40,272 nt of DNA from Flavobacteriaceae bacterium (GCA_013042825.1 JABDPL010000252.1:1-40272); one strand, 5' to 3'. Positions 7,824 through 16,558 are shown, numbered from the stretch's first letter. A program made the numbers and translations. The notes: generated by a model not told the origin, from the sequence alone.

Positions 7824-9131
7824 TTGAAAAAGCTTGTTGCTTATATCAATAAAAAAGTTCTGGTCAGGGCCTTTAATCTTCATACGGCAACCGTCATTAC
7901 CAAAATAATTGCCGGAATTTTAACCACCAAGTTTATCGCTGTATTCATCGGGCCGGAAGGCATGGCCCTTATAGGAAACTTGCGTAGCTTCCTGACTTCG
8001 GTGCAGTCGTTCGCAACTGTTGGTCTTTATCGCGGATTGGTAAAATACATCAAGAGGTACAAGAATGATGCTGTCGATCTTTCAAAGACCATATCCACAG
8101 GCTATTATATCGGGTTTATCGCCACTGCTCTTATTTGTATGCTGTCGTATTTCAATGCGGAAGCGATAAATGATTTCCTGTTCTCCGAAAAGTATGATTT
8201 CATTTATGTGATAAGGATTTTGGCACTGGCCCTGCCGTTTTATTCCCTGAATCTCTTCAGCTATTCCATAATGAATGGTTTTGAGAAGTACAGGTTCCTG
8301 ATGATCATCAATATCATCGGGCAGGTTATGGGTTTGCTTGTCACCTTACTTTTGATTTGGCAGAATAATATTGACGGTGCCCTGATAGCCGTTGTGATCT
8401 CACCTTCACTGATGTTCCTGATAACCCTTGTCGGTATCTTCGGAAGGCCGAATTTCCTGGGAGAGATCAAGGTCAGCCGGATCGATTTAGAATGGTTTAG
8501 GAAATTTATGCCTTTTACCATTATGGCTATTATAACCGGAATAATTTTTCCACTGGTTATTATTGCGATCCGAAATTATATTATTTCTTCGGAAGGCTTG
8601 AAGGACGCAGGATTTTGGGAAGCTATGAACCGTATTTCAACCTATTATTTGCTCTTTGTCAATTCGATTATGGCTCTTTATTTCCTGCCGCGTTTCTCCG
8701 AGATCAGATCAAAAACAGAGTTTCGCAAAGAGGTTTTCGGATTTTATAAAACCATTGTCCCCATACTTTTAATAGGCGGATCACTCATTTTTTTATTACG
8801 CCCTTTTATAATTTCACTTTTATTGTCCGATGAATTCAGGCTGGTTGAAGAACTATTCATCTGGCAGCTCTCCGGTGATTTTGTAAAAGTGCTTTCAGTA
8901 GTTCTGGCCTACCAGTTTATCGCTAAAAATAAGTTTTGGCATTTTATTATTACGGAGGGTATACTGCTGCTGATGCTTTATTTTACGAGCGTTTATTTTG
9001 TTGACAATTACGGGGTAAAGGGAGCAAATATAGCTCACCTGGTTAGCCATAGCCTGTATTTCATCATTCTTCTACTGATATTGGGAGCATCGTTATTCGG
9101 TGGGATGACGAAAAAATTAAAGACTGATTAA
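7824..9131 (+). CDS. wzx: Wzx-type oligosaccharide/O-antigen flippase (WzxE-like), copy A
   Basis: 435 aa polytopic membrane protein. The TTG start directly follows the TAA of the aminotransferase. Conserved block FWEAMNRISTYYLLF...YFLPRFSE. Confidence 0.8.
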   Translation: MKKLVAYINKKVLVRAFNLHTATVITKIIAGILTTKFIAVFIGPEGMALIGNLRSFLTSVQSFATVGLYRGLVKYIKRYKNDAVDLSKTISTGYYIGFIATALICMLSYFNAEAINDFLFSEKYDFIYVIRILALALPFYSLNLFSYSIMNGFEKYRFLMIINIIGQVMGLLVTLLLIWQNNIDGALIAVVISPSLMFLITLVGIFGRPNFLGEIKVSRIDLEWFRKFMPFTIMAIITGIIFPLVIIAIRNYIISSEGLKDAGFWEAMNRISTYYLLFVNSIMALYFLPRFSEIRSKTEFRKEVFGFYKTIVPILLIGGSLIFLLRPFIISLLLSDEFRLVEELFIWQLSGDFVKVLSVVLAYQFIAKNKFWHFIITEGILLLMLYFTSVYFVDNYGVKGANIAHLVSHSLYFIILLLILGASLFGGMTKKLKTD

Positions 9132-10381
9132 TATCGGCGTTTCCAAAGCATGTTTCCGAAGTAGATATTCATCAGGGTAAAATGCAACACATAGGCTAGG
9201 AGGTAGGCTATTGATACCCCTACAAATCCGAACTGCTTTGTAAAGATCCAGGTAAATATGGAGAACGCCAATGCCCATTCCAGCTGGAAGGCGATAAAAG
9301 CTTTTGTTCTGGCTTTCGCAATCAGAATATTACCAAGCACCCAGCTGTTGATCTTAATCGTATCTCCCAATAAATGAAAACCTATCAGGGTCCCGATCAG
9401 GTAGAATTCCTTGTCCAGCAGTGTATTAATTACAAAGTCCCGAGACAGATAGATCACACCCGCGATAACTATAACAACCGGGAAAATAAACCGCCATACC
9501 TTGAAAACCTCCTGCCGAAGTTCAGGGCCTTGTAACTGGGAAAATGTAGGGATCAGATAAAACTTAAATGTGGTGGTAAGAAACAGCAGGTATAGCGCAG
9601 ATATGCGCCACATGCCTTCCCATGAACCCGCGTGACTGCGATCGAATTCAGATTCGAGATAGGTTCTCACAAAGAAGGTTGCTGCAATAAGGCAGAGCGG
9701 TCCGGCAAGGGCCATGAGAGAAAATCTGAAGAGTTTGTTCCTGTATGATCTGTCAAATCCTGAGAAAAAAGATTTCAAGTCAAAGGGACTGTAATACCAT
9801 GTGAGCAAAAGTGAAATAATAAAAGTCAGGGCCTGGGTTAAAGCATATGAGAAAAGCGCCCCTTTGATATCGAATTTCAGTATGAGAATGATAAGCACTG
9901 CAGCCGAAAAAAGTGCAGCGATTATGTTTATGCTTATGTAGAGCCTGATCCTTTTTAAGCCATTGATGACCGACATCAAAAGCAGGTGAAGCGACATGGG
10001 GACAGTTGATATTCCCAGTGCAATGATAACAGATGAAAATGCTGTGGTCTGGAACAGGTAGGTCGATAAGGCTTTATTGAAAACCAGAACGAAAATCATT
10101 ACACCTAAAGCACACATCAGGTGAATTTTAAAACCCGTTGCCAGTAATTTCTTGAATTCATCGGGTTCATCCCGGTACCTTGCCGCAAATGAAATCGTAC
10201 CGTTGGTCGTTCCACCGTGGTTTAGAACCTGGGTTAACTTAAGAAAATCCCTGAGCTGACCCATAAGAAACATCCCATCGGTTCCCAGGTAAACAGCCAT
10301 GATCTTATTCGTGACAAGTCTTAGCACGAAACTTACGGAGGTACTGATACCGGAATAGAATGAAGTTTTAATAAAACTCAT
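9128..10381 (-). CDS. wzx: Wzx-type oligosaccharide/O-antigen flippase (WzxE-like), copy B
   Basis: 417 aa polytopic membrane protein. Clearly paralogous to copy A (SWEGMWRISALYLLF...YLIPTFSQ). Stop codons of A and B overlap in TTAA at 9128..9131. Confidence 0.8.
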   Translation of the reverse strand: MSFIKTSFYSGISTSVSFVLRLVTNKIMAVYLGTDGMFLMGQLRDFLKLTQVLNHGGTTNGTISFAARYRDEPDEFKKLLATGFKIHLMCALGVMIFVLVFNKALSTYLFQTTAFSSVIIALGISTVPMSLHLLLMSVINGLKRIRLYISINIIAALFSAAVLIILILKFDIKGALFSYALTQALTFIISLLLTWYYSPFDLKSFFSGFDRSYRNKLFRFSLMALAGPLCLIAATFFVRTYLESEFDRSHAGSWEGMWRISALYLLFLTTTFKFYLIPTFSQLQGPELRQEVFKVWRFIFPVVIVIAGVIYLSRDFVINTLLDKEFYLIGTLIGFHLLGDTIKINSWVLGNILIAKARTKAFIAFQLEWALAFSIFTWIFTKQFGFVGVSIAYLLAYVLHFTLMNIYFGNMLWKRRY

Positions 10382-11310
10382 GCGTCAATAAAATCGGTCC
10401 ATTTTTCAAATGACATTCCCGTCAATTCCTTGAGATGTCTCACATCTTCCTGGTACAGACCTTTCAACCAAAGCCTGTCAGTATCTGAGATTATCGGATA
10501 GGTTTTTTTAGTACGTGTATATTTCAGGACGATGGTGATCAAATGCTTTCTAATCAGTTTTTTAACGAATTCGGGTGTCATATCCTTGACGAGCTGAGGT
10601 ACATTCAATTGGTTGAATGATAGCTGCTTAGCCAATTTGTACAAGCCAGGTTTTTTTAGGATGATACTTTTGTTCGCTTCAGACGGTATAATCGATTCCA
10701 GCGGTTCCAGCCCAAGAAATTCAAAGCACCCATTAACAGTTCCAAGCGGGTCATCTTTCAGATCTTCACTGCAAACAATATGAATGTTCATGCTATTGAA
10801 TGCCCTGTAAAAGCGCTCCAGCCATTTACCATATAAACCATATTGAAAGTAGCATTTATAGTTGCCCTCTGGAAGTTTTAGTCCCGGATGTGGTTCAATA
10901 TCAAGATCCGACAGAACCGCTTCCTTAAATGAAAGGGATTCACTCCCCATGCCTTTTAGCCACCAGTAGTGCGAATAGCAGCGATCAACGGGATTTCGCA
11001 AAATGAAAATAAAACGCGGAAATTCTTCATAATGCGACTTGATACGCCCTATGAATTTTGGAAATTGCATATAACCCGTACTCGACTCCCCCTGATATTT
11101 GATATGCTCCTCCCAATTGAAGTATTCCATGTATTTAGTCCTGTGGAAATCGGTGTATTCATCGAAATCCGGTCTAGTCCAGTAATGCGGCTCTTTTTTG
11201 CTTGACATGCTGATAGCGGGATGCTGATCCAGGCATTCATGAAGGGCCGAGGTTCCGGACTTACCGGCTCCGGGAATGAATAAATTGGGAAAGGATGGTT
11301 TCATTTGCAC
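10378..11310 (-). CDS. PAPS-dependent sulfotransferase
   Basis: 310 aa. 5'-PSB motif PGAGKSGTSAL and 3'-PB motif ILRNPVDRCYSHY. 4-nt overlap with the start of flippase B. Confidence 0.85.
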   Translation of the reverse strand: MQMKPSFPNLFIPGAGKSGTSALHECLDQHPAISMSSKKEPHYWTRPDFDEYTDFHRTKYMEYFNWEEHIKYQGESSTGYMQFPKFIGRIKSHYEEFPRFIFILRNPVDRCYSHYWWLKGMGSESLSFKEAVLSDLDIEPHPGLKLPEGNYKCYFQYGLYGKWLERFYRAFNSMNIHIVCSEDLKDDPLGTVNGCFEFLGLEPLESIIPSEANKSIILKKPGLYKLAKQLSFNQLNVPQLVKDMTPEFVKKLIRKHLITIVLKYTRTKKTYPIISDTDRLWLKGLYQEDVRHLKELTGMSFEKWTDFIDA

Positions 11311-11352
11311 GGTAACATGTCAAATATAAGAACTATGATCAGATTTTGACTT

Positions 11353-12495
11353 CTATCCCTGTTGCCACGTCTTCAGGTATAACTCTGCTATTTTTATATA
11401 ATGATGCTCCTTTTCTATAAATTCCCGCGCCTTTCGAGAAATTAATTGAACTTTTGTCCGGTCGAGAATGAGCTTTTCTAATTTTCCGACCAGGTATGGA
11501 ACATCGGGTAACGCATTTATAGCCACCTCATCTTCCTTTAATTTATAGAAATCAAGCCATTCCTGTTCTGCTCCGGTAAACACAACCATCCCGCGCGCCA
11601 TAGCTTCAAGCGCATTATATCCCTGGTCATAGGCGTAAACCTGGTCTAACAGAATATCGGAGTTCTCCAATGCTCTGATATATTCGCTGTAGGGTAAATT
11701 TTCTGTGCGGACGATCTCTGTTTTATCCGGGTATTTCTCTGAGATTATTTTTAGAGCCTCATCAAAGAAACGGTTACCTTTTTTCACATAATTCTTCCGG
11801 TTGACCCCATGAAAGATCCTGATCACTTCCTTCTGCCCGGCCTGATTAAATGGCAATTCCTCCATTTGCACTGGATTGGGTATCATGCCCTTATATTTAG
11901 GGTGTCCCAGTAAGGGCAAATGGTAGTCGAGATCTGAAGCGATGATCCCTGTAACATGTTGAGCCAGGAATTCATGCAATCGCCTGAATGATGGTTTTAA
12001 GTATCTCAACAGGAATTTATAATGAACATGATTTTGCTCATTTTCGTGCAAGGGCGTTAGTATGGAGTACCTGAATTTTTTATCGTTCGCAAACCTAATG
12101 CTCAAGTGATCAGCACCGCAGGATAGCAGAAACATCTTGTTGTTCTGTTTCAGCAACTTCTTTAACAGGCGTTTTTCTATTACAGGGTGTGTTTTGATGC
12201 TGTTTTCATTTATAAGCTGAACGATATCGAAGTTTTCTAACCTCGGAAGTATTTTTCTGAACCTGTAGGCGTGTTCCAGCTTTATCAGGTTTATCCCGGT
12301 GAGTTTTTGGAAACCTTTGACCAACCATTTTAAATAAGATCGGTTAAAGACTGTGGATTGGTAATTGAAATCGGTAGGCAGCGATTTAAAGCCATCACTG
12401 GTGGATACCAACATCACCTCATGACCTAGTTTCTCGAGACCCGACTTAAGACTGTTGTGTAAACGGCTGAATTCACCAATCAATAATATCCTCAT
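11353..12495 (-). CDS. Glycosyltransferase (GT-B fold, GT4-like)
   Basis: 380 aa. N-terminal MRILLIGEF Rossmann start and C-terminal GYNALEAMARGMVVF motif. First gene of the minus-strand GT-sulfotransferase-wzx unit. Confidence 0.7.
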   Translation of the reverse strand: MRILLIGEFSRLHNSLKSGLEKLGHEVMLVSTSDGFKSLPTDFNYQSTVFNRSYLKWLVKGFQKLTGINLIKLEHAYRFRKILPRLENFDIVQLINENSIKTHPVIEKRLLKKLLKQNNKMFLLSCGADHLSIRFANDKKFRYSILTPLHENEQNHVHYKFLLRYLKPSFRRLHEFLAQHVTGIIASDLDYHLPLLGHPKYKGMIPNPVQMEELPFNQAGQKEVIRIFHGVNRKNYVKKGNRFFDEALKIISEKYPDKTEIVRTENLPYSEYIRALENSDILLDQVYAYDQGYNALEAMARGMVVFTGAEQEWLDFYKLKEDEVAINALPDVPYLVGKLEKLILDRTKVQLISRKAREFIEKEHHYIKIAELYLKTWQQG

Positions 12496-12499
12496 TCAC

Positions 12500-12507
12500 T
12501 ATATTTG
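12500..12507 (+). promoter_or_regulatory. Candidate -7 promoter box (TATATTTG) in the 31-bp divergent GT/GT spacer
   Basis: Matches TAnnTTTG, 20 nt upstream of TTG 12527. It is embedded in a 6-bp inverted repeat: CACTAT (12497..12502) and ATAGTG (12520..12525). Confidence 0.35.
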
Positions 12508-12526
12508 TCATTAAAGGGAATAGTGC

Positions 12527-13618
12527 TTGCAAAATAAGAATAAAAAAAAGATCTGTCTTGTGGTCTCTTCACTTGGCAGGGGAGGTGCTGAGCGGTCGGC
12601 AGGTCTGTTGTCTAAAGCCCTGAGCAATTCCGGGTATGATGTCCATATCGTGACTATTCTGAATGATATCTCCTTTGACTATGCCGGACAAGTCTTTAAC
12701 CTCGGAAAACTTAAAGAGCGAAACGATTCTTTTATCGGTCGGATATGGCGAATGATAACATTCAGGTCATTCCTGAAAAAACACCGGTTTGATTATATCA
12801 TTGACAGCAGGACCAGGGTCTCTGTAAGGAAGCAAAGGTTTATATCGCGCTGGCTCTATGGATCTACTCCTGTAATCTATATTGTCAGGAGTCATAATCT
12901 CAGGCCTTATTTTGGTGGTAATAAAGCAAAAGCAAGGCAACTTTACGCAAAGGCCTACAAGATTGTTGCGGTTTCCGAAGCGATAGAAACCAAGATACGC
13001 AGGGAATATGGATTTGAAAATGTCATCTCCATTCCTAATCCCGTGGAATTGAAAAATTCATTAACTGCAGATAAACCGCCCCCGAGAACACGACAATATA
13101 TTTTATTCTACGGACGATTGGTCGACCGTATTAAAAATATAAGTATGTTACTGGAAGCCTACACCAAATCGGATCTTCCCAAAGAGGGTATCAAACTTAT
13201 CATCCTGGGTGATGGGCCTGATAAAGAGATGTTGAAGAAAAAAGCTGAAGATCTTGTGTTTGCTGATCTGATTGAATTCATAGGTTTTCGGAAGAACCCG
13301 TTCTCACACGTCAGGAATGCCCGGTTTACCGTATTGACCAGTCGGTATGAAGGTTTTCCCCGATCCCTGATCGAATCACTGGCACTGGGAACACCTGTTA
13401 TAAGCACAGCCTATGAGGGCGGTTGCGAAGCCATTGTAAGCCATGAGGAAAACGGACTCATTGTACCATCAAATGATATAAATGCCCTTGCACAGGCCAT
13501 GAATAGTTTTATTTTTGACAAGGCGTTATATGAAACATGCAAGTCGAATGCCAGATCCAGTGTTTCGCATATAAGTATAGATTCTATTGGCCGGCAATGG
13601 GCAGAACTCTTAAAATGA
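12527..13618 (+). CDS. Glycosyltransferase family 4
   Basis: 363 aa. GRGGAERS N-terminal motif and EX7E motif EGFPRSLIESLALGTPVIST. TTG start. Confidence 0.85.
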   Translation: MQNKNKKKICLVVSSLGRGGAERSAGLLSKALSNSGYDVHIVTILNDISFDYAGQVFNLGKLKERNDSFIGRIWRMITFRSFLKKHRFDYIIDSRTRVSVRKQRFISRWLYGSTPVIYIVRSHNLRPYFGGNKAKARQLYAKAYKIVAVSEAIETKIRREYGFENVISIPNPVELKNSLTADKPPPRTRQYILFYGRLVDRIKNISMLLEAYTKSDLPKEGIKLIILGDGPDKEMLKKKAEDLVFADLIEFIGFRKNPFSHVRNARFTVLTSRYEGFPRSLIESLALGTPVISTAYEGGCEAIVSHEENGLIVPSNDINALAQAMNSFIFDKALYETCKSNARSSVSHISIDSIGRQWAELLK

Positions 13619-14031
13619 AGACTATAAAACTTTCCGATATCAGGATAATTGAGATCCCAATAGTGAAGGATTCACGTGGTAACCTGGGCGTGGTAGAGGG
13701 ATCTACCATCCCATTTGAAACCAAGCGCGTGTATTATTTGTATGACGTGCCTACCAGTGCCTACAGGGGAGCTCATGCACACAAGGAGCAACAGGAGTTG
13801 CTGATAGCGTTAAGCGGAAGTTTCGATGTCGTAGTCGATGATGGTGAACAGAAGAAACGCTTTATGCTAAACCGTCCTGATACCGGATTGCTCATACCGC
13901 CGGGAATATGGCGTGAGTTGGAACACTTCAGCTCGGGGGCGGTTTGCCTGGTGTTGAATTCCGGTTTATTTGAAGAATCCGATTATATAAGGGATTACGA
14001 GTCTTTTCAAGATTCCAAGCGCCCCTTATAA
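13615..14031 (+). CDS. fdtA: FdtA/WxcM-type cupin sugar 3,4-ketoisomerase
   Basis: 138 aa from the ATG that overlaps the upstream TGA (ATGA). DSRGNL...YRGAHAHKEQQELL carries the cupin His pair typical of dTDP-6-deoxy-3,4-keto-hexulose isomerases. The track ORF start at 13537 is an upstream extension. Confidence 0.85.
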   Translation: MKTIKLSDIRIIEIPIVKDSRGNLGVVEGSTIPFETKRVYYLYDVPTSAYRGAHAHKEQQELLIALSGSFDVVVDDGEQKKRFMLNRPDTGLLIPPGIWRELEHFSSGAVCLVLNSGLFEESDYIRDYESFQDSKRPL

Positions 14032-14909
14032 GCTAGACTGCAGAGATACCCCAGCCGGTACAGATCGAAGCAGAGCATACTCGGTTTGTTGCCGCGAAGA
14101 TTCATTTCCAATCGGCTTTCGAATTTTTTGTACAACCAGGTCGTAGTTTTTGTCAACCCAAGCCTTTCTATCAGTTTTTTGGCCCTGAGCAAAGAAATCT
14201 CATGTTGTTCAAGACGTTTTGACCTGCTGATATAGTTCAGAGTCTCTACAGCTTTTCTTGTCTTTTCCAGGTATTCCGAGTTATTATCGATTCCCTGATG
14301 GAAAACCTCATTATCTATATGATAAACTTTAAAATCGTTTTGCTTCAGCAAAGCCCCGAACAAATAATCGAGACCATATAGATTTTTCATTTCAGCACGA
14401 TTCACCGAAAGAAAGACTTCTTTTTTAATCAGGAAGTTGGCCGAGATAATGACCTTAAAGGGTTTTTTATTACGTTCGTCGGCAGGAACCTCTTCGCGAT
14501 GTTTTCCGAAGGTATACCTGAGAAGATGATCCTTACCAGGTGGTTGGTCATGGTATGCAAAACCGCCAAAGAAAGCATCGTAATCCTCGTTCAAAACATC
14601 GAGGTAGTTTTTGATAAAATCATCGGTTTTAGGCATGGTATCGGCATCGAGAAACAACAGCCATTTATACTGTGCCTGCTTTGCAAGAAGATGGCGGTTT
14701 GCGTTGCGACCCAGGTTGGATTTGTTTTCGATGAACTTGCAATTGGTCATCGAATTTATAGATTGATTCCGTTCATTATGATGTGAAAACGAACCATCAT
14801 CAATACAGATGAGTTCAAATTGAATACCGGCTTTTAACGCTTGCTTTTCCAGCGCAGAAACCAGGGAAACAGCATCTCGGTCATATGTCGGGATCAGAAT
14901 AGAAATCAT
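14007..14909 (-). CDS. Glycosyltransferase family 2
   Basis: 300 aa. ISILIPTYDR start, CIDDGS and FLDADT (DxD) motifs. The 3' end overlaps fdtA by 25 nt. Confidence 0.85.
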   Translation of the reverse strand: MISILIPTYDRDAVSLVSALEKQALKAGIQFELICIDDGSFSHHNERNQSINSMTNCKFIENKSNLGRNANRHLLAKQAQYKWLLFLDADTMPKTDDFIKNYLDVLNEDYDAFFGGFAYHDQPPGKDHLLRYTFGKHREEVPADERNKKPFKVIISANFLIKKEVFLSVNRAEMKNLYGLDYLFGALLKQNDFKVYHIDNEVFHQGIDNNSEYLEKTRKAVETLNYISRSKRLEQHEISLLRAKKLIERLGLTKTTTWLYKKFESRLEMNLRGNKPSMLCFDLYRLGYLCSLAYKGRLES

Positions 14910-14917
14910 CGGTCGAC

Positions 14918-14925
14918 CAAACGTA
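14918..14925 (-). promoter_or_regulatory. Candidate -7 promoter box (TACGTTTG on the minus strand) for the GT2 gene
   Basis: The plus strand reads CAAACGTA, 9 nt upstream of the start at 14909. Confidence 0.3.
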
Positions 14926-14986
14926 CATATTTTTTTTCAAATCCGTATCCCCTGAAAAATGGTACAGTAGTTGTATCTTCAATGTC

Positions 14987-16558
14987 ATGAGACTGAAATT
15001 AATTCTATTTAGCTGTTTATTCCTGTCGTTGATAATGTTCGGACAGCAGGAATTTCATGTATTTCCGGCAGATCATAAAGATTCCCCCGGGAGTGCCAGT
15101 GGTGACGGTAGTTTGGCCCGGCCATGGGACTTGCAAACCGCCCTGAATTGGAAAAAATCTCAGCTGAAGGGTGGTTATATCGTTTGGCTTCATGGTGGCA
15201 TTTACAATGGTCGGTTTGTCAGCACGATTCAAGGTGAAAATGCGCGAGACAAAATCGTTGTTTCGGCTTATGCCCGTGAAAAAGTAGTGATAAACGGTAA
15301 TAGTCCTTCTAAGAGAAAAGCCGTTCTCGAGGTGAGGGGTAGCCATATCGTTTTCAAGAACTTTGAGATCACGTTTCTGGGAGAATTTCCGAGGCGTCAG
15401 GGGGAGAAAGGGTTTATGGTAGTAGATGGCATTTCACATGTTTCCGGGAAAGGTTGTAGCTTTTTTAATTTGAAAATTCACAATAACCCGGGTTCGGGTA
15501 TAGGATCCTGGAAAAGGACCGGAGGAACCACCATTGAGAATTGTAAGATCTACAATAACGGTTACTTCAGCAAAGTTCGCGGCAGCGGCGTAGGTTTATA
15601 TGTTCAGAATGCAAGCGACAGGATGCGGGTCATTCAAAATAATTTCATTTTCAATAACTATTATAAAGGTATTCAAGTCTGGTCGGCTAGTTCTGGCAAG
15701 GGTGTTGAATTCATTAAAAATGTCCTTTTTGAGAATAATGTTGTTTTTAATAACGGTCTTCCGGCCGGTAAACTTGTTGACAATTTGATCATCGCCTCCG
15801 ATGACCGCTCAGGTGTAAATCGCCCGAGAAATATAAGGGTGAATTCCAATGTTTTCTATCATAACACGGATTTCAACAGCCGGTCGAATTCAGGGAATGC
15901 TCCTTCTGTAACACTTGGTTATAACGCAAGAGCACCCATTGAGGATGTAAGCCTTAACGCCAATATAATCATCGGAAAAAATAACGCTTTAAGAATCTTG
16001 CATGCTAAATCGCTGAGCTTTGAGAATAATACCATTTATGCGGGTTATGTTCATTTTAACTCTTCTGTATTGGCACATATCAATTCCGCTAAGTGGAAGT
16101 TTTCAGGCAATCGGTATTTTACCAAAAGAAACAAGGCATTCAGGATCTCCCGGGATTCCGATTACACCATAGATGAATGGCAGAAGAGATTCGGCATCGA
16201 TTCCGAAAGTCGTTGGAATCAATTATCGCAACTGGAACTTAAGCCCGTACTGTTTCTGAACAAGAATCATGATTATGAAAAGGCCTATGATATAGCCGTT
16301 TTCGATAAGTTGGGAGGGCCGGTAAGTATTGATCCGGACAAAATTGAGGCTAGTGGCTATAAATCCTATCATATCCGTAACATCGGATCCGGTGAGATTC
16401 TGGTATCAGGTAGCTTTGACGGATCTAGAAAAATTGAGGTACCCATGGGTACTTTCAACGGAACTGCAGCAAATTTTGGTGTCTATACCATCGAGTTTAT
16501 CGATGAAATCAAACGCAGGCAGTCCTTCCTCAGAAAGTTATTCCCCTGGCTGTTTTAA
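14987..16558 (+). CDS. Secreted right-handed parallel beta-helix repeat protein (pectate-lyase-fold; candidate glycanase, lyase or epimerase)
   Basis: 523 aa. Signal peptide. N-terminal GDGSLARPWDLQTAL...GGYIVWLHGGIYNG motif and repeated NN-containing coils (IHNNPGSGIG, IYNNGY, IFNNYYKGIQ, VFNNG). Confidence 0.75.
   Translation: MRLKLILFSCLFLSLIMFGQQEFHVFPADHKDSPGSASGDGSLARPWDLQTALNWKKSQLKGGYIVWLHGGIYNGRFVSTIQGENARDKIVVSAYAREKVVINGNSPSKRKAVLEVRGSHIVFKNFEITFLGEFPRRQGEKGFMVVDGISHVSGKGCSFFNLKIHNNPGSGIGSWKRTGGTTIENCKIYNNGYFSKVRGSGVGLYVQNASDRMRVIQNNFIFNNYYKGIQVWSASSGKGVEFIKNVLFENNVVFNNGLPAGKLVDNLIIASDDRSGVNRPRNIRVNSNVFYHNTDFNSRSNSGNAPSVTLGYNARAPIEDVSLNANIIIGKNNALRILHAKSLSFENNTIYAGYVHFNSSVLAHINSAKWKFSGNRYFTKRNKAFRISRDSDYTIDEWQKRFGIDSESRWNQLSQLELKPVLFLNKNHDYEKAYDIAVFDKLGGPVSIDPDKIEASGYKSYHIRNIGSGEILVSGSFDGSRKIEVPMGTFNGTAANFGVYTIEFIDEIKRRQSFLRKLFPWLF

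Noticed and set aside
13537-13614. Upstream extension of the fdtA ORF (track start 13537)
   Set aside because: The extension overlaps the 3' end of the GT4 gene. The ATG at 13615 forms a classic ATGA stop/start overlap and yields the normal FdtA length of about 138 aa.
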